Notes: a model not told the origin generated them from the letters alone. Numbered from the stretch's first letter, positions 1 through 14,080 are shown. The stretch is 63,956 nt of DNA from Octopus sinensis (GCF_006345805.1 NC_043001.1:130200045-130264000), one strand, 5' to 3'. Program-made: numbers and translations.

Positions 1-747
1 AGTGTATATATAACTTTCTTCTTTTTATCCATAAACATTATATATATTATTTGCATATAATATGGATGGAATAGGTCACATATTAATATAATGAAAAGTT
101 TTGCTGCTTTTCATAAATTTATCTATTGCTTCATAAGTTTATTATTATGTTTTTATTTTTATATCTGTTAATGCTTTTATTGTATCTAATTAATTTAATA
201 CCCGGCTTATCCAAACATTTTGAGCCTCATTCAGCATTTCCAAGATAATAGAGATTCAGGCATAGTTATGCTACTGACATGGTTCCGTGTTTATGGAAAT
301 CCGTTTTTTAACCATACAGTCTTGAGTTATATCACAGACAAGTACCTTGGGTAAGTGTCTTCTACTCTAGCCTTGAGTCGATCAAAGCCTCGTCAAAAGA
401 ACTGGTAAGCAGAAACTGTATGGAAGCCCATCTCTTTCTCCTTCTCTAGTCATGAATCTCCACTTCAATGAGACACTTGTTCCTGTGTTTCTGTCATACT
501 TTAACTTCTCAATACCTGGCATAAACCCATGTTTTTCAGTACTACACTCTCACTCATTTAAGGGGTTTGTCTTGTGAGTTAGTTGGTGACCACATTAGGG
601 CTGGTGCCACGAGAAAAAAAAACAAACATCCAGTACACACAATATAGTAGTTGATATTATGAAGGGCATCTAGTAATAGAAACCATGCCAAACCATCCAA
701 CCCATGCCAGTATGGAAAAACAGACTTTAAGTGATGATGATGATGAT

Positions 748-1085
748 CATCATCATCATCGTTTAACGTCCGTTCTCCATGCTAGCATGGTTTGGACGGT
801 TCGACCGGGGATCTGGGAAGCCAGAAGGCTGCACCAGGCTCCAGTCTGATCTGGCAGTGTTTCTACAGCTGGATGCGCTTCCTAACGCCAACCACTCCGT
901 GAGTGTAGTGGGTGCTTTTTATGTGCCAGGTGAGGCTGGCAACAGCCATGATTGGATTGGTGCTTTTTACATGCCACAGGCATGGAAGCCAGTCAAGGCG
1001 GCGTTGGTATCGGCCACGTTCGGATGGTGCTTTTTATGTGCCACCGGCACAGGGATCACAATTGCAGTTTCCAATGATTTTTGAT
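748..1085 (-). mobile_element. Retroposon family C with (GAT)n tail
   Basis: Contains cgtttaacgtccgttctccatgctagcatgg..ggatgc(c)cttcctaacgccaacc. The same repeat recurs more than 10 times in the window. Confidence 0.8.
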
Positions 1086-1530
1086 GTTGGTGTACTTGAC
1101 ATATTGGTCATGTTGTTGTACTTGTTGGTGTATTTGATGATGATATATAAATATGTATATACTGATATATATATATATATATATATATATACTATATATA
1201 TAAATACAAAATGGGACAAGAACGCAAAACAGCCGGACAGTTAGGTGATACAAAAATGGGACAACAAAACATTCAGATAGACGATACAAAGAAAACGAGG
1301 ACAGGTCATTCGAAGTTTTCTTTCCTCAGTCGAGTACCAGATTATCTTCGCAATTTCGGCTGATTATACTCGAGGGCAAACACCAACATTCCCAAATGGT
1401 TCACTTCAACAATTGTGGATATTCTCTTGGCATGAAACCATTGATTGCCTTCTTAATCAACAAATACAGAATATTTATCTACCAATGTGGTGTTGAGCAC
1501 CCATCTCACTATTTGATATATATATTTTAT

Positions 1531-1571
<41 letters not shown>

Positions 1572-1577
1572 ACACAG

Positions 1578-1616
<39 letters not shown>

Positions 1617-2016
1617 CATATATATATACATATATATAAATATATATAATATATATATATATTTTATATATATATATACATGCATATATACACATACATG
1701 TACATGCCTACATATATATGTATATATACATGCATATATTGGTACAGGTTGTCAAAAAAACCTGAACAACATGAGGAACAAGAACATAAAAAACAAAATT
1801 ATGGAAAACAAAGAAAGAAACAAATAGAGTATATATATATATATAAGTGTATGAGTAGCAGTTTGTAGGAACAATAACTTCCCATAAGAAAAGCAATCCC
1901 TCAAATGTTTGCCAGCATGGAAAGCAAATTAAAAATGAAGATGATGATGGTGATATGCATATTACATGAATATGTATTTTTGTATATGTATACACACACA
2001 TTTATATGTGTGTGTC

Positions 2017-2237
2017 TGAGCTGGCAGAAATGTTAGCACGCTGAGCGAAATGCGTTGCCTTATTTCGTCTGTCATTACGTTCTGAGTTCAAATTCCGCCG
2101 AGGTCGACTTTGCCTTTTATCCTTTCAGGGTCGATAAATTAAGTACCAGTTACACCCTGGGGTCGATGTAATCGACTTAATTCCTTTGTCTGTCCTTGTT
2201 TGTCCCCTCTGTGTTTAGCCCTTTGTGGGTAGTAAAG

Positions 2238-2242
<5 letters not shown>
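2017..2242 (+). mobile_element. SINE family A
   Basis: Near-identical to the other family A copies. Confidence 0.88.
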
Positions 2243-2301
<59 letters not shown>

Positions 2302-2659
2302 CGATAGATAGACAGACAAACAGACAAGCAGGTAGACAGACAAGTAGGCAACCAAATAGATAGATAGATAAGTAGGTAGGTAGCTAGATAGCTAGGTAGA
2401 TAGGTAGATAGAGACAGACAGACTGACAGACAGATAGATAGATATACATACATGCATATATACATACATGTCTGAATATGCAAACACACATGCACATACA
2501 AATGCAATAGTAAAGGAGGTTCAAGATGTTCACTTTATCAGCTAGAAATAACAGCCAAATCTCACATAAAACATATTCTGCAATTTTAAGAAGTGGAATG
2601 ACACATTGTAGCTCTGGATTGACTACCTTTGCAAATATGATGAAATGGAACTAATCTAA

Positions 2660-3072
2660 AATATTTTTAATCATACGTCTACAAAATCAGGCTTTAATCA
2701 TTAGGTTTATTGATTGATTGAGGCTTTAATCATAGATCTTATTTAATCAGGTCTTTAAACAAAGGTTTGCTCAGTCCACCTGGTCAGTGCTTTGGTCATA
2801 GCTCTTCTCAGTTGGAACTTCATGATCAGGGTTTTAATCATGAGGCTGCCTTTTCAGAACTGAAGCGTGATCATACCTTTAATTATAGACTTGCTTAACC
2901 ATGTCTTTCATTACTGGTCCCATAATTAGATATTTAAACATACATCTACTCAATTAGAGCTTTAATCATTGGTCTGTTTAATCAGGGTTTTAATCATAGA
3001 TATGTCTGGCCACAGCTTTAATCATAGATCTGTTCAATTGGGACGTTAGTCATGGTTCTACTTGACCAAGGC
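2660..3072. repeat. Degenerate ~29-bp minisatellite
   Basis: Recurrent ctttaatcatag.tct..t.aatcagg, about a dozen diverged copies. Confidence 0.75.
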
Positions 3073-4030
3073 TGTAAAATAATAATAATGAAATTATTGT
3101 ATACAGTGCTCAGGTGCATCACAACTTGTCAGAAAGTGCATATAAAGTACATGCAGTAATGTAGAAATGTCTGGAAAGCGAACAATGTATGAGTCCTAAA
3201 GTCTAATCCATCAGGAGTTATCTTAGCAGCATTATGGGCCCCCAAGAAAACCAATGCACTAGACTCTGATATTTACTTCTTTGACAGCAACCTACAGCAT
3301 ACATAGATCATAAGTGAGTCCCTAATCTCATGAAGTCTCTGGGCAAGGGCCTAGTGTACCCAGGCCTTAAGACAGCACTGATTAGCTTTATGATTGTGAA
3401 CATTCACCATAGCTTTGAGTCAACTCAAGTGTCGTCAGTGAATTTGGATTGATGGAAACTATGCAGAAGCCTATCACATGAATACTACTTTTATTTAATT
3501 CAAAGATTTATTTCTTGTTGCACTGTCACATTAATTTTACCTGCAGATTTTGCTAAGGGTACATATAGGTGTAGGGTGGCTGTGTGGTAAGAAGTTAGCT
3601 TCTCAACCATATGGTTCTGAGTTCAGTTCTACTTCATGGCACCTTACGCAAGTGTCTTCTACTATAGCTCCAGGCTAACCAAAACCTTGTGAGTGGATTT
3701 GATACACGGAAGCTGAAAGAAGCCCATCGTGTATAAATATATAAACATAAGTGCAGGGATGGCTGTGTGGTAAATAGCTAGCTTACCATCCACACGGTTC
3801 CGGGTTCAGTCCCACTGCATGGCACCTTGGGCAAGTGACTTCTACCATGAGTCCTTAGGTGCAATCCTGCATAGATTCCTGTGAGGTAAAATCTTGATAT
3901 AGTAGACATCCCAAGCAAAAAAAAAAAGTGAACTTATCAACATTCAATAACAGCACTTACCTAGCATACCTAATTGTTTAGATCACCTGTAAACTAAACC
4001 CCCATACTATGTGTGTATGTGTATATATAT

Positions 4031-4089
<59 letters not shown>

Positions 4090-4501
4090 CACATGTATAT
4101 ATACACATTAATTAATATGGCATTGTCCCCTATTTCAAAACATCTTAACAACTGCAAGCAATGCAGAAATGACCATATCAATCAAGGCTTTCGTTTTAAC
4201 TGTCAGTTATTACAGATTTAAAAAGAAGTATTTATAAGGCATCTGTACAACCACAAAATTGACAATAGCCAGGAGCTTGTTTTCTTCATTGTTATAAGTT
4301 AATTGCCTGATTTGAACATCACTGGCTGTATGCCCTGGAGTACCCTTCTAGTGCATAATACATTTGGATGGGTTTAGTTTTCCAGTTTCCTTTCTTGTTT
4401 CAAAATGTTTGATTCATGATTAAGGTTTCTCAAAACTGAAATATTGAATTATTTTAGTTATCTTCACCTTTTTGTTGAATTACTTTCTGCACCTTCTAAG
4501 T

Positions 4502-4513
4502 TCTATCTATTTG

Positions 4514-4580
<67 letters not shown>

Positions 4581-4618
4581 GTCTGTCTGTCTGGTCTGTC
4601 TGCCTGTCTGTCTATCTG

Positions 4619-4704
<86 letters not shown>

Positions 4705-4729
4705 GTCTGTCTGTATGTATGTCTGTCTG

Positions 4730-4792
<63 letters not shown>

Positions 4793-4916
4793 GTCTGTCT
4801 GTCTGTCTGTCTATCTATTTATCTATCTATCTGTCTGTCTACCTATGTAGCTACCTACTTACCTATTTATCTATGTATCTATCCATCCCTCAATCTAGCT
4901 ATCCACACACACACAG

Positions 4917-4962
<46 letters not shown>
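4502..4962. repeat. (CTAT/CTGT)n plus (CA)n microsatellite
   Basis: Seen directly. Confidence 0.95.
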
Positions 4963-4964
<2 letters not shown>

Positions 4965-5374
4965 GATAATTCAAAATGAATGGTACAAAAGGAAAACATA
5001 CCTGCGAGTGCTGTAATGAATATATAGCTAAAACACAGATGCAACATCTGTGACTGTCATTGGAAACTTGAAGAATTAGCCTTTCATGTTACATCTGTAA
5101 TTTTTACAATATTTTCATTACAACACTCACAGGTATATTTTCTTTCGGCACCAATCATTTTTTATTACTCTGTGTGTACATGTGTCTGTGTGTGCTGCAT
5201 GTGTATGTGCGTGTGTGTGTATGCATGTGTATATATTTTTCTCTTATTTCTCTTATATGTTTCAGTCCAATGACTGTGGCCATGCTGGAGCACCGTCATA
5301 TGTATTCTTTTATTCTTTTATCCTTCCGTACATTTCCATCATTTGACTGTGGCCATGCTGGAACACTGCCTTAA

Positions 5375-5735
5375 CCCTTTAGTGTTCGCATTATTCTGCT
5401 GAAATGAATGCTTTTTTTTATCCACATTGTTTTGAACTAATCATGCATTATCTTGTAGCTATGAGATTTTGATGAGGTAGCTGTTAATTTTTAAAATGAC
5501 ATTGTAGGGTTGGTGTGAGAGACCAGATCTGGCCAGTTTGAACATAAAACAGGCAGAATACTTTTGGCCGGATATGGCATCCAGCTGTAGAAACATTGCC
5601 AGATAAGACCGGAGCCTGGTGCAGCCTTCTGGCTTCCCAGATCCCCGGTCGAACCGTCCAAACCATGCTAGCATGGAGAACAGACGTTAAACGATGATGA
5701 TGATGATGATGATGGCCGGTTTAAATGCTAAAGTG
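5375..5735. mobile_element. piggyBac-like MITE interrupted by a SINE
   Basis: TTAA on both sides (5371-74, 5736-39). TIRs ccctttagtgtt / aatgctaaagtg. Contains a SINE-C insertion at ~5577-5715 and is itself inserted in a SINE-D copy. Confidence 0.7.
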
Positions 5736-6311
5736 TTAAAGGGTTTTAATTGAAGAAATCAGCCTTAGGACTTATTCCTTGTAAGCCCAGTGCTTATTCT
5801 ATCTGTCTCTTTTTTTGCCGAACCATTAAGTTATGGGGACATAAACACACTAACATTGGTTGTCAAGTGATGACGGGAGGACAAACGCAGACACAAACAC
5901 ACACTCATACACACACAGAGCAAGAGAGAGAAAGAGAGAGACAATGTTTGTTCATACATGTTGTACTTGCAACAGTTGCTTTAGTCATTGAACTGTGGCC
6001 ATGCTGGAGCACTGCCCTGAAGGGTTCAGTGGAACAAATCAGCCTCGTTACTTATTTTTATGGGTCTGTTTCTGATTCTGTCGATCTCTCTTGCTGTAGC
6101 GCTAAGTTGCATGGACGTGAGCAGGGCAACATCAGTTATCAAGTAGGTGGGAGAAAGAAACACAACATAACAACAAAGACACACACACACACACGCACAC
6201 ACAAGCACACATATGCATGCACACACATACACACACACACACACACACAGATGCATGCATTCACACGCATATGAGACAGGTTTCATGAGCATCATCCCTT
6301 TGCTTTTTCCT

Positions 6312-6610
6312 GGCCGATACCAGCACCGCCTCGACTGGCTTCCGTGCCGGTGGCACATAAAATACACCAATCCGACCGTGGCCGTTGCCAGCCTCGCTTG
6401 GCACCTGTGCAGGTGGCACATAAAAAACCACCCACTACACTCACGGAGTGGTTGGCGTTAGGAAGAGCATCCAGCTGTAGAAACATTGCCAGATAAGACT
6501 GGAGCCTGGTGCAGCCTTCTGGCTTCCCAGATCCCTGGTCGAACCGTCCAACCCATGCTAGCATGGAGAACGGACGTTAAACGATGATGATGATGATGAT
6601 GATGATGATG
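6312..6610 (+). mobile_element. Retroposon family C
   Basis: Ends ggacgttaaacgatgatgatg. Further copies at ~5577-5715, 6890-7165 and 7300-7445. Confidence 0.8.
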
Positions 6611-6843
6611 CTTGCATGGGTTTAATAAAATTTGTTTCACCAGTATTCTGTGACTGGATGCTCCTTCTGTCACCAACCCTTAATTATTTCTGAATAAGCC
6701 TTTTTTTATTTCCTTGGTCTTTCTCATGAACTGCTCAGGGGCTAGATATAATTTTTATGGCAAGCCTAAACAAGGACATTCAACTGAAAATGTGAAAACA
6801 ATGTCAAACATAACAGCAAGCAATGACAAAAATCATCATTCTC

Positions 6844-6878
<35 letters not shown>

Positions 6879-7758
6879 CATAATAATAATAATCATTTAA
6901 CTTCCATTGTCCATCCTGGCATGTGTTGGACAGTTTGGCTGGGGCTGCACCAGCCTAATCAGATTTGCCATGGTTTCTATAGCTGGATGCCCTTTCTAAT
7001 ACCAACCACTCTGAGTGTGTAAAGGGTTGCTTTTACATGCTACCGGCACAAGTGCCAGTTGCATGATACCAGTGTCTGTCACAGCTACGATTTTATTTGG
7101 CTTGATGGGTCTTCCACTCAGGCACAGCATATTGCCAAAGGTCTTGGTTACTTGTCATTGTCTCTGGATAAATAAATGCATAAATAAATGTATACATACA
7201 CATGCACACTGATGAACCCATACAGATGCAAATACTATACACACACACACATATACATACACACACACATACATACACACACACACACACATATGTATGT
7301 ACGGAGTGGTTGGCGTTAGGAAGGGCATCCAGCTGTAGAAACATTGCCAGATTAGACTGGAGCCTGGTGCAGCCTTCTGGCTTCCCAGAACCCCGGTCGA
7401 ACCGTCCAACCCATGCTAGCATGGAGAACGGACGTTAAACGACGATACGGAAGCAAAATAAAACAGGAGATTTGCTAAAAGTCTTTATTATAGCATCATA
7501 AATCATTTTTATCACTTCAGTAAGATGAACATATGTACCAACAACTAACCCTAGGTAAAGTGAATTGAGTGAAAAAAAAACTCATCCTCATCTGAGACCC
7601 TAATCAATTCATCAAAAATATATTTAAGGGTCTTTAAATTAATTTCATTAATTTATGTATTTATAACTGGCATGTATATTAGATCATATATCAGTGTAGG
7701 TGACAAGGTAAATATATACATGCATATATATACACACATATATACACACCTACACATA

Positions 7759-7801
<43 letters not shown>

Positions 7802-8129
7802 GTATTTCACAGATGAGATCCAGAGATTCTCTGTATAGAAGACACTTGGTAGTGCTCAAACTGAAATTCGGATGTCTTTACAGGGGATCATTCCACAAGG
7901 TAAAGAATGGCTATAAGAGGGACCAAGTTGAGTGGCTGTAAATCAATTGCGGGTATAAGCAAATTAAACACATCAAATATATTAAGTACATCAAAATACA
8001 TCAAATAGAGAATATATATGTATACATTTCATGTACTTAATATATTTAATGTATTTGATGTGTCTAATTTGTTTATCTGTATAATTGCCTCTCTATGCAG
8101 ATATACATACATACATACACACACATAAC

Positions 8130-8660
8130 TGGCACTTCGTCAGTTATGAGAACAAGTGCTCCAGTTGATCTAATCAACAGAACAGCTTGCTTATGAAATT
8201 AACCTGCAAGTGGCTGAGTACTCCAGATTCATTGTGATACAGAATGTGCCAAAGCTGGCCTTTTTGAATTACAGGTACTATGCTTTTTCTGCCAGTTGAA
8301 TGGACTGGGGCAACATGGAGATAAAGTGCCTTGCTCAAGGACACAATATATCCCTAGGTATTGAACTCACTACCATACAATCGTGAACCAAATGCCTATA
8401 ACCTATTTCTTTACTACCCACAAGGGGCTAAATACAGAGAGGACAAACAAAGACAGACACACAGATTAAGGCGATTATATCGACCCCAGTGCGTAACTGG
8501 TACTTATTTAATCGACCCCGAAAGGATGAAAGGCAAAGTCGACATGGCAGAATTTGAACTCAGAACATAGCGGCAGACGAAATACGGCTACGCATTTCGC
8601 CTGGCATGCTAATGTTTCTGCCAGCTCGCCGCCATAACCACTAGGCCACACACCTTCATA
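8130..8660 (-). mobile_element. Older CORE-like SINE family E (shares tail i with family B)
   Basis: Contains aaagtgccttgctcaaggacac (minus strand ccttgagcaaggcacttt). Related copies at ~15035-15165, 62710-63020 and 63780-63950. Confidence 0.65.
8404..8633 (-). mobile_element. SINE family A nested in an older SINE
   Basis: Reverse-complement copy with a short ataacc duplication on both sides. Confidence 0.85.
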
Positions 8661-9038
8661 CACACACACGCACACACAAATGCATATCTGAAAGGAAATT
8701 AAGAAAGAAATTTAATGGTGTATAATAGTTTTGTTATATAGTGAGGTTAGAGAATTTTTTGTCATTATTTGAAATGTTGCTATGTTTACATAACAGACCA
8801 AATTTTAGTTAGCTCAAAGAATATGCTCATCTATTAAATTATTTTACCTTTGTAGAATAGCATTTGTAGAATTTAAGTGACTTAAGAATGTTGTGCTTCC
8901 AAGAGAAAAAGCATTCCCGTTTTACATTAAGTAATTTTCTTGTTAATTAATAAAATGCTTCTGCAGAGAATAAGCTACATTCTTTCTTATTTCCAGGTTC
9001 TTGTTTTTATGCCCCAGTATAGCTCATATTTGGCATTT

Positions 9039-9422
9039 GGTGGAAGCACTCCGTCGGTTACGACGATGAGGGTTCCGGTTGATCCGAATCAACGGAACAG
9101 CCTGCTCGTGAAATTAACGTGTAAGTGGCTGAGCACTCCACAGACACATGCACCCTTAACGTAGTTCTCGGGGATATTCAGCGTGACACAGAGTGACAAG
9201 GCCGGCCCCTTGAAATACAGGTACAACAGAAACAGGAAGAAAGAGTGAGAGAAAGTTGTGGTGAAAGAGTACAGCAGGGATCACCACCATCCCCTGCTGT
9301 AGCCTCGTGGAGCTTTAGGTGTTTTCACTCAATAAACACTCACAACGCCCGGTCTGGGAATCGAAACCGCAATCCTATGACCGTGAGTCCACTGCCCTAA
9401 CCACTGGGCCATTGCGCCTCCA
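9039..9422 (-). mobile_element. tRNA-derived SINE family B, tail type i
   Basis: Minus-strand head ggaggcgcaatggcccagtggttagggcag..ggtttcgattccc. The tail ends gacggagtgcttccacca. Imperfect TSD atttggcattt / attttgcattt. Confidence 0.85.
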
Positions 9423-10541
9423 CATTTTGCATTTACAGAGTTAAGCCTAAAGGTGTACTTAGCCAGTCTAGTTGAATGAGATAATTGTTTTATTCTTAAA
9501 GATGTGTGGAAGTAGATTGTAATGACAGTTAACCCTTAAACAGTAAGAAAGGGTTTCTTAAGTGTATGTGCAAAATGGTTCAGAAAGCAAAAAGTTTCTG
9601 TTTTTTTCTTAAGGGTAAATTTACATTTATTTTCACTCTAAGTAAAAAATCTGTAATAAAATTTATAATCTCATTATCAAAAAATGCTGTAAAATATTCA
9701 CTTTCCCTTGATGATGGTCTTATCCATGTAAAATTTTTGAAACATTAGTTGATAATGTTCACTATTAAAAGTTCAAAAGAGTTACAAGTAAATCCTATGT
9801 AATGACAGGAATCATTTTCTGCAATGACACTGCACCTGTAGATAATGTATACTAAGTATACTAAGCAGCTACTTCTGTTTTACAAAACAATGTCTTACAC
9901 TGTAATTGTAGAACAACTTCTACTTGCCCCCTTGGGAGAAATACATATATACTATCATACACAGGATGAATTTCTATACAATTTCCATCAACTAATTTTC
10001 ACATACAATTCATTATTTTAAGCTGTGTCTTAAATAAAATCCAACCATCCAAGGTGCTGCACAGGCAGACTGAAACTGGAACTACAGGACCAGAAGGTGA
10101 AGTTTTTAAGCATACAGATATGTCTGCATGTTGATCATGCAATCAGAGAATGAAAAACTTCATCTTTGGCTCAACTACAGTCGAATAAATAGTTATGTTC
10201 TGATATAAAACAGAAGAAAAAACAACATATTTATGAAACCCTATCAGCAGATTTGATCTCACAACCTACGAGCTGGTAACCTATTAACTTATCTATTCGC
10301 CCTTTTCATGTCTGTGTTTATAGGCATACGCAAGATAAATGATATGATGCTGCAGCATAAATTCTTTTGTACATATCACTAATACAATTAAGTGTATAAA
10401 TACAATATATATATATATATTATATATATATATATATGAACATTTATATGTATGTATGTGTAGATATAGATGTAGATATATCTATTTGTACATATTTCAG
10501 GCATATATATTTGTGTGTGGTATATATATATATAATATATT

Positions 10542-10619
<78 letters not shown>

Positions 10620-11302
10620 CATATATATATATTTATATATGTTCTACAGAATTGCTTCTAACATTAATGGTCATATATGTATGGATAAATGTACATGCAG
10701 ACTTGGATGCACAAGCATGCAGATAAATGCACATATACAAATATTATTTAAAGGGAAGCCCCAAATGCATCATACCCATAGTCATAAAATGCAGCTTGTG
10801 GATTATTATCTGCAGTAAATACCTAGCTATGCTCCTTAATCCCTTTAAAGCTGACTGATCAAATATATTGTAATGGTTTACAGACCCTCAGGTGTGTAGT
10901 TGTAAAACCTATACTGAAGATCGCTTCAGCTATGTTCCAATTTGTGATACAACACAACTAAGTAAAAATAGTTTCATGAAATACGTTCATCTTTCATAGA
11001 TAAATGTATGTATGTGCGCGCATGTGCGCATGTGTGGTTGTGCTGGAGTGAGTGGGGTGTGTATGCTGTAGATGACGAACGGTGGTAGTGGTGGTGGTGG
11101 TGGTGGTGGTGGTGGTGGTGGTGGTGGTGGTGGTGGGGATGAATATGATGCCTGTGTCATCTGCAAGTTGCCAATAGTGAATCTTATCAAGGTTGAGCCA
11201 TTAACTAGTTTTACATAGAATTCAATAAAAACAGACTGTATAGTGATATATATATATATATATGTTTCATTAGAACATTTTTACTGCTGCTATGTGTGTG
11301 TA

Positions 11303-11333
<31 letters not shown>

Positions 11334-11864
11334 GTGTGTGTGTGTTCATGTATGTGTTTGTGTGTATATATAATATATATATATATATGTGTGTGTGTGT
11401 GTATATATACATATATGTGTGTGTATATATATATATGTATTTTTATATATATATATGTATGTATAGATATAGATATAGATATATATTTATATATATATTT
11501 TTTATATGACTCTCCATCTTCTGCTATAGTCCTGGACTGATCAACCAAAATACTGTGAGTGGAATTGGAAAGATGGAAACCAAAGAAAACTTGTTGTACA
11601 TGTATGAGTATGTATGTGTGCGTGAAGGCAGAATTACATGTATGTATGTGTGTGTGTTTCTTTACTTTTACACTTCTCCAAAACCCGGTGCTGCTACAAG
11701 CAGTGACAGTGGTTGTCATTGCCATCTCTCAACAAATCACTCACTGGGTTTGGGTTTGTACCTTTGAAAATGTGTGGAATGAAATATCCTTTGCTTCAAA
11801 AAATGGTAAAGATTGGTAACAGGAAGGCATCGACCAGTTGCCTGATGCTTCAACAATATATTCT

Positions 11865-12460
11865 TTTACTCTTTTACTCTTTTACTTGTTTCAGTCATTT
11901 GACTGCGGCCATGCTGGAGCACCACCTTTAGTCGAGCGACTCGACCCCGGGACTTATTCTTTGTAAGCCCAGTACTTATTCTATCGGTCTCTTTTGCCGA
12001 ACCGCTAAGTGACGGGGATGTAAACACACCAGCATCGGTTGTCAAGCAATGCTGGGGGGGGACAAACACAGACACACAAACATACACACACACATACATA
12101 TATATATATACATATATACGACAGGCTTCTTTCAGTTTCCGTCTACCAAATCCACTCGCAAGGCTTTGGTCGGCCCGAGGCTATAGTAGAAGACACTTGC
12201 CCAAGGTGCCACGCAGTCGGACTGGACCCGGAACCATGTGGTTGGTAAGCAAGCTACTTACCGCACAGCCACTCCTGTGCCTATATATACATATATACGA
12301 CAGGCTTCTTTCAATTTCCGTCTACCAAATCCACTCACAAGGGTTTGGTCGGCCTGAGGCTATAGTAGAAGACACTTGCCCAAGGTGCCACGCAGTGGGA
12401 CTGAACCCGGAACCATGTGGTTGGTAAGCAAGCTACTTACCACACAGCCACTCCTGCGCC
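11865..12460 (-). mobile_element. tRNA-derived SINE family D (CORE-like) with duplicated 5' half
   Basis: Carries the ggcaccttgggcaagtgtcttct motif. The ~180-bp head module is present twice (~12110-12281 and ~12290-12460). Confidence 0.85.
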
Positions 12461-12596
12461 TATATGCATAATATATTTGTCTAAAGCATTTAGCATTGGC
12501 AATTGGCAAGGAAACAAACAAATGGATATATATTATCATTATCATCATCATCATTATAACTTAACATTTGTTTTTAATTTTTTTGTCTTTGTATAG

Positions 12597-12647
12597 GGTC
12601 TGACAAACTGTCTGCAAGGCTTTGGTTTTGTGGATGCAAAACCTTTG
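12597..12647 (+). other. Candidate isolated 51-nt exon
   Basis: Strong acceptor ttttttgtctttgtatAG and donor TTG|gtaact. Length is divisible by 3 and two frames are open (GLTNCLQGFGFVDAKPL or SDKLSARLWFCGCKTF). Unique sequence between SINEs; no partner exons identified. Confidence 0.35.
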
Positions 12648-12837
12648 GTAACTCTATGTGCAAAATATAAAATTTCTTGATGTAACAATTACTGCTCTAT
12701 TATTTAGAGTGTGCTTCGTTTCTGATATGTTTTATTATTAAAATAGATATTGGAGCCTGGTGCAGCCTCCTGGCTTCCCAGACCCCAGCTGAACCGTCCA
12801 ACCCATGCATGCATGGAAAACGGACGTTAAATGATAA

Positions 12838-13485
12838 TCATCATCATCATCATCATCGTTTAACGTCCGTTCTCCATGCTAGCATGGGTTGGACGGTTCG
12901 ACCGGGGATCTGGGAAGCCAGAAGGCTGCACCAGGCTCCAGTCTTATCTGGCAGTGTTTCTACAGCTGGATGCCCTTCCTAACGCCAACCACTCCGTGAG
13001 TGTAGTGGGTGCTTTTTACGTGCCACCTGCACAGGTGCCAGGCGAGGCTGGCAACGGCCATGGTCGGATTGGTGTATTTTATGTGCCACCGGCACGGAAG
13101 CCAGACGAGGCGGTGCTGGCATCGGCTACGAGTCGGATGGTGCTTTTTACGTACCACCAGACCAGGGATCCTGGCTGGTTCAATTTGATTTCGATTTCGC
13201 TTGCCCCAACATGTCTTCGCAAGCAAGGGGGTTGGCATGGGTGCCTGTTGTACGGTCAGATTGGTGTATTTTACGTGCCACCGGCACGGAAGCCAGTGGA
13301 GGCGGCACTGGCATCGGCCACGAGTCGGATAGTGCTTTTTACGTACCACCAGACCAGGGAACCTGGCTGGTTCGATTCGATTTCGCTTGCCCCAACATGT
13401 CTTCGCAAGCAAGGGGGTTGGCATGGGTGCCTGTCGTACGGTCAGATTGGTGTATTTTACGTGCCACCGGCACAGAAGCCAGTGG
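12838..13485 (-). mobile_element. Retroposon family C with internal ~190-bp tandem repeat
   Basis: Internal unit (ggtcagattggtgtatttt..gggtgcctgt) starts at ~13062, 13254 and 13439. The copy is tail-to-tail with another at 12752-12835. Confidence 0.8.
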
Positions 13486-13505
13486 ATAATGATCATATAT
13501 ATATA

Positions 13506-13932
13506 GGTGCAGGAGTGGCTGTGTGTTAAGTAGCTTGCTTACCAACCACATGGTTCTGGGTTCAGTCGCACTGCGTGGCACCTTGGGCAAGTGTCTTCTA
13601 CTATAGCCTCAGGCCAACCAAAGCCTTGTGAGTGGATTTGGTAGACGGAAACTGAAAGAAGCCCATCGTATATATTATATATATATATATATATTTATAT
13701 ATTTATGTATGTTATGTATGTATGTGTATATGTTTGTATGTCTTTGTCCCCCCTAATATTGCTTGACAACCGATGCTGGTGTGTTTACATCCCCGTAACT
13801 TAGTGGTTCGGCAAGTGAGACTGATAGAATAAGTACTAAGCTTACAAAGAATAAGTCCTGGAGTTGATTTTCTTGACTAAAGGCAGTGCTCCAGCATGGC
13901 CGCAGTCAAATGACTGAAACAAGTAAAAGAGT
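13506..13932 (+). mobile_element. SINE family D, full length
   Basis: Head ggtgcaggagtggctgtg..gggttcagtc, internal (TA)n/(TG)n, tail cagtcaaatgactgaaacaagtaaaagag. Confidence 0.85.
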
Positions 13933-13937
13933 AATAT

Positions 13938-13969
<32 letters not shown>

Positions 13970-13975
13970 CCCTAC

Positions 13976-14032
<57 letters not shown>

Positions 14033-14047
14033 ACATATATATATATG

Positions 14048-14080
<33 letters not shown>

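Noticed and set aside
1294-1375. Minus-strand CTGAGGA..GAA hammerhead-like motif
   Set aside because: GAAA and UH cannot be placed consistently with stem I. Probably a retroelement 3' fragment.
3960-5030. Minus-strand micro-exon candidates near 3962-3987 and 5002-5027
   Set aside because: Splice-like motifs only. The first has stops in all frames, and there is no independent support.
12876-13529. Recurring MLAWVGRFDRGSGKPEG.. ORFs suggesting a gene family
   Set aside because: Antisense translation of the family C repeat; lengths and frames vary between copies.
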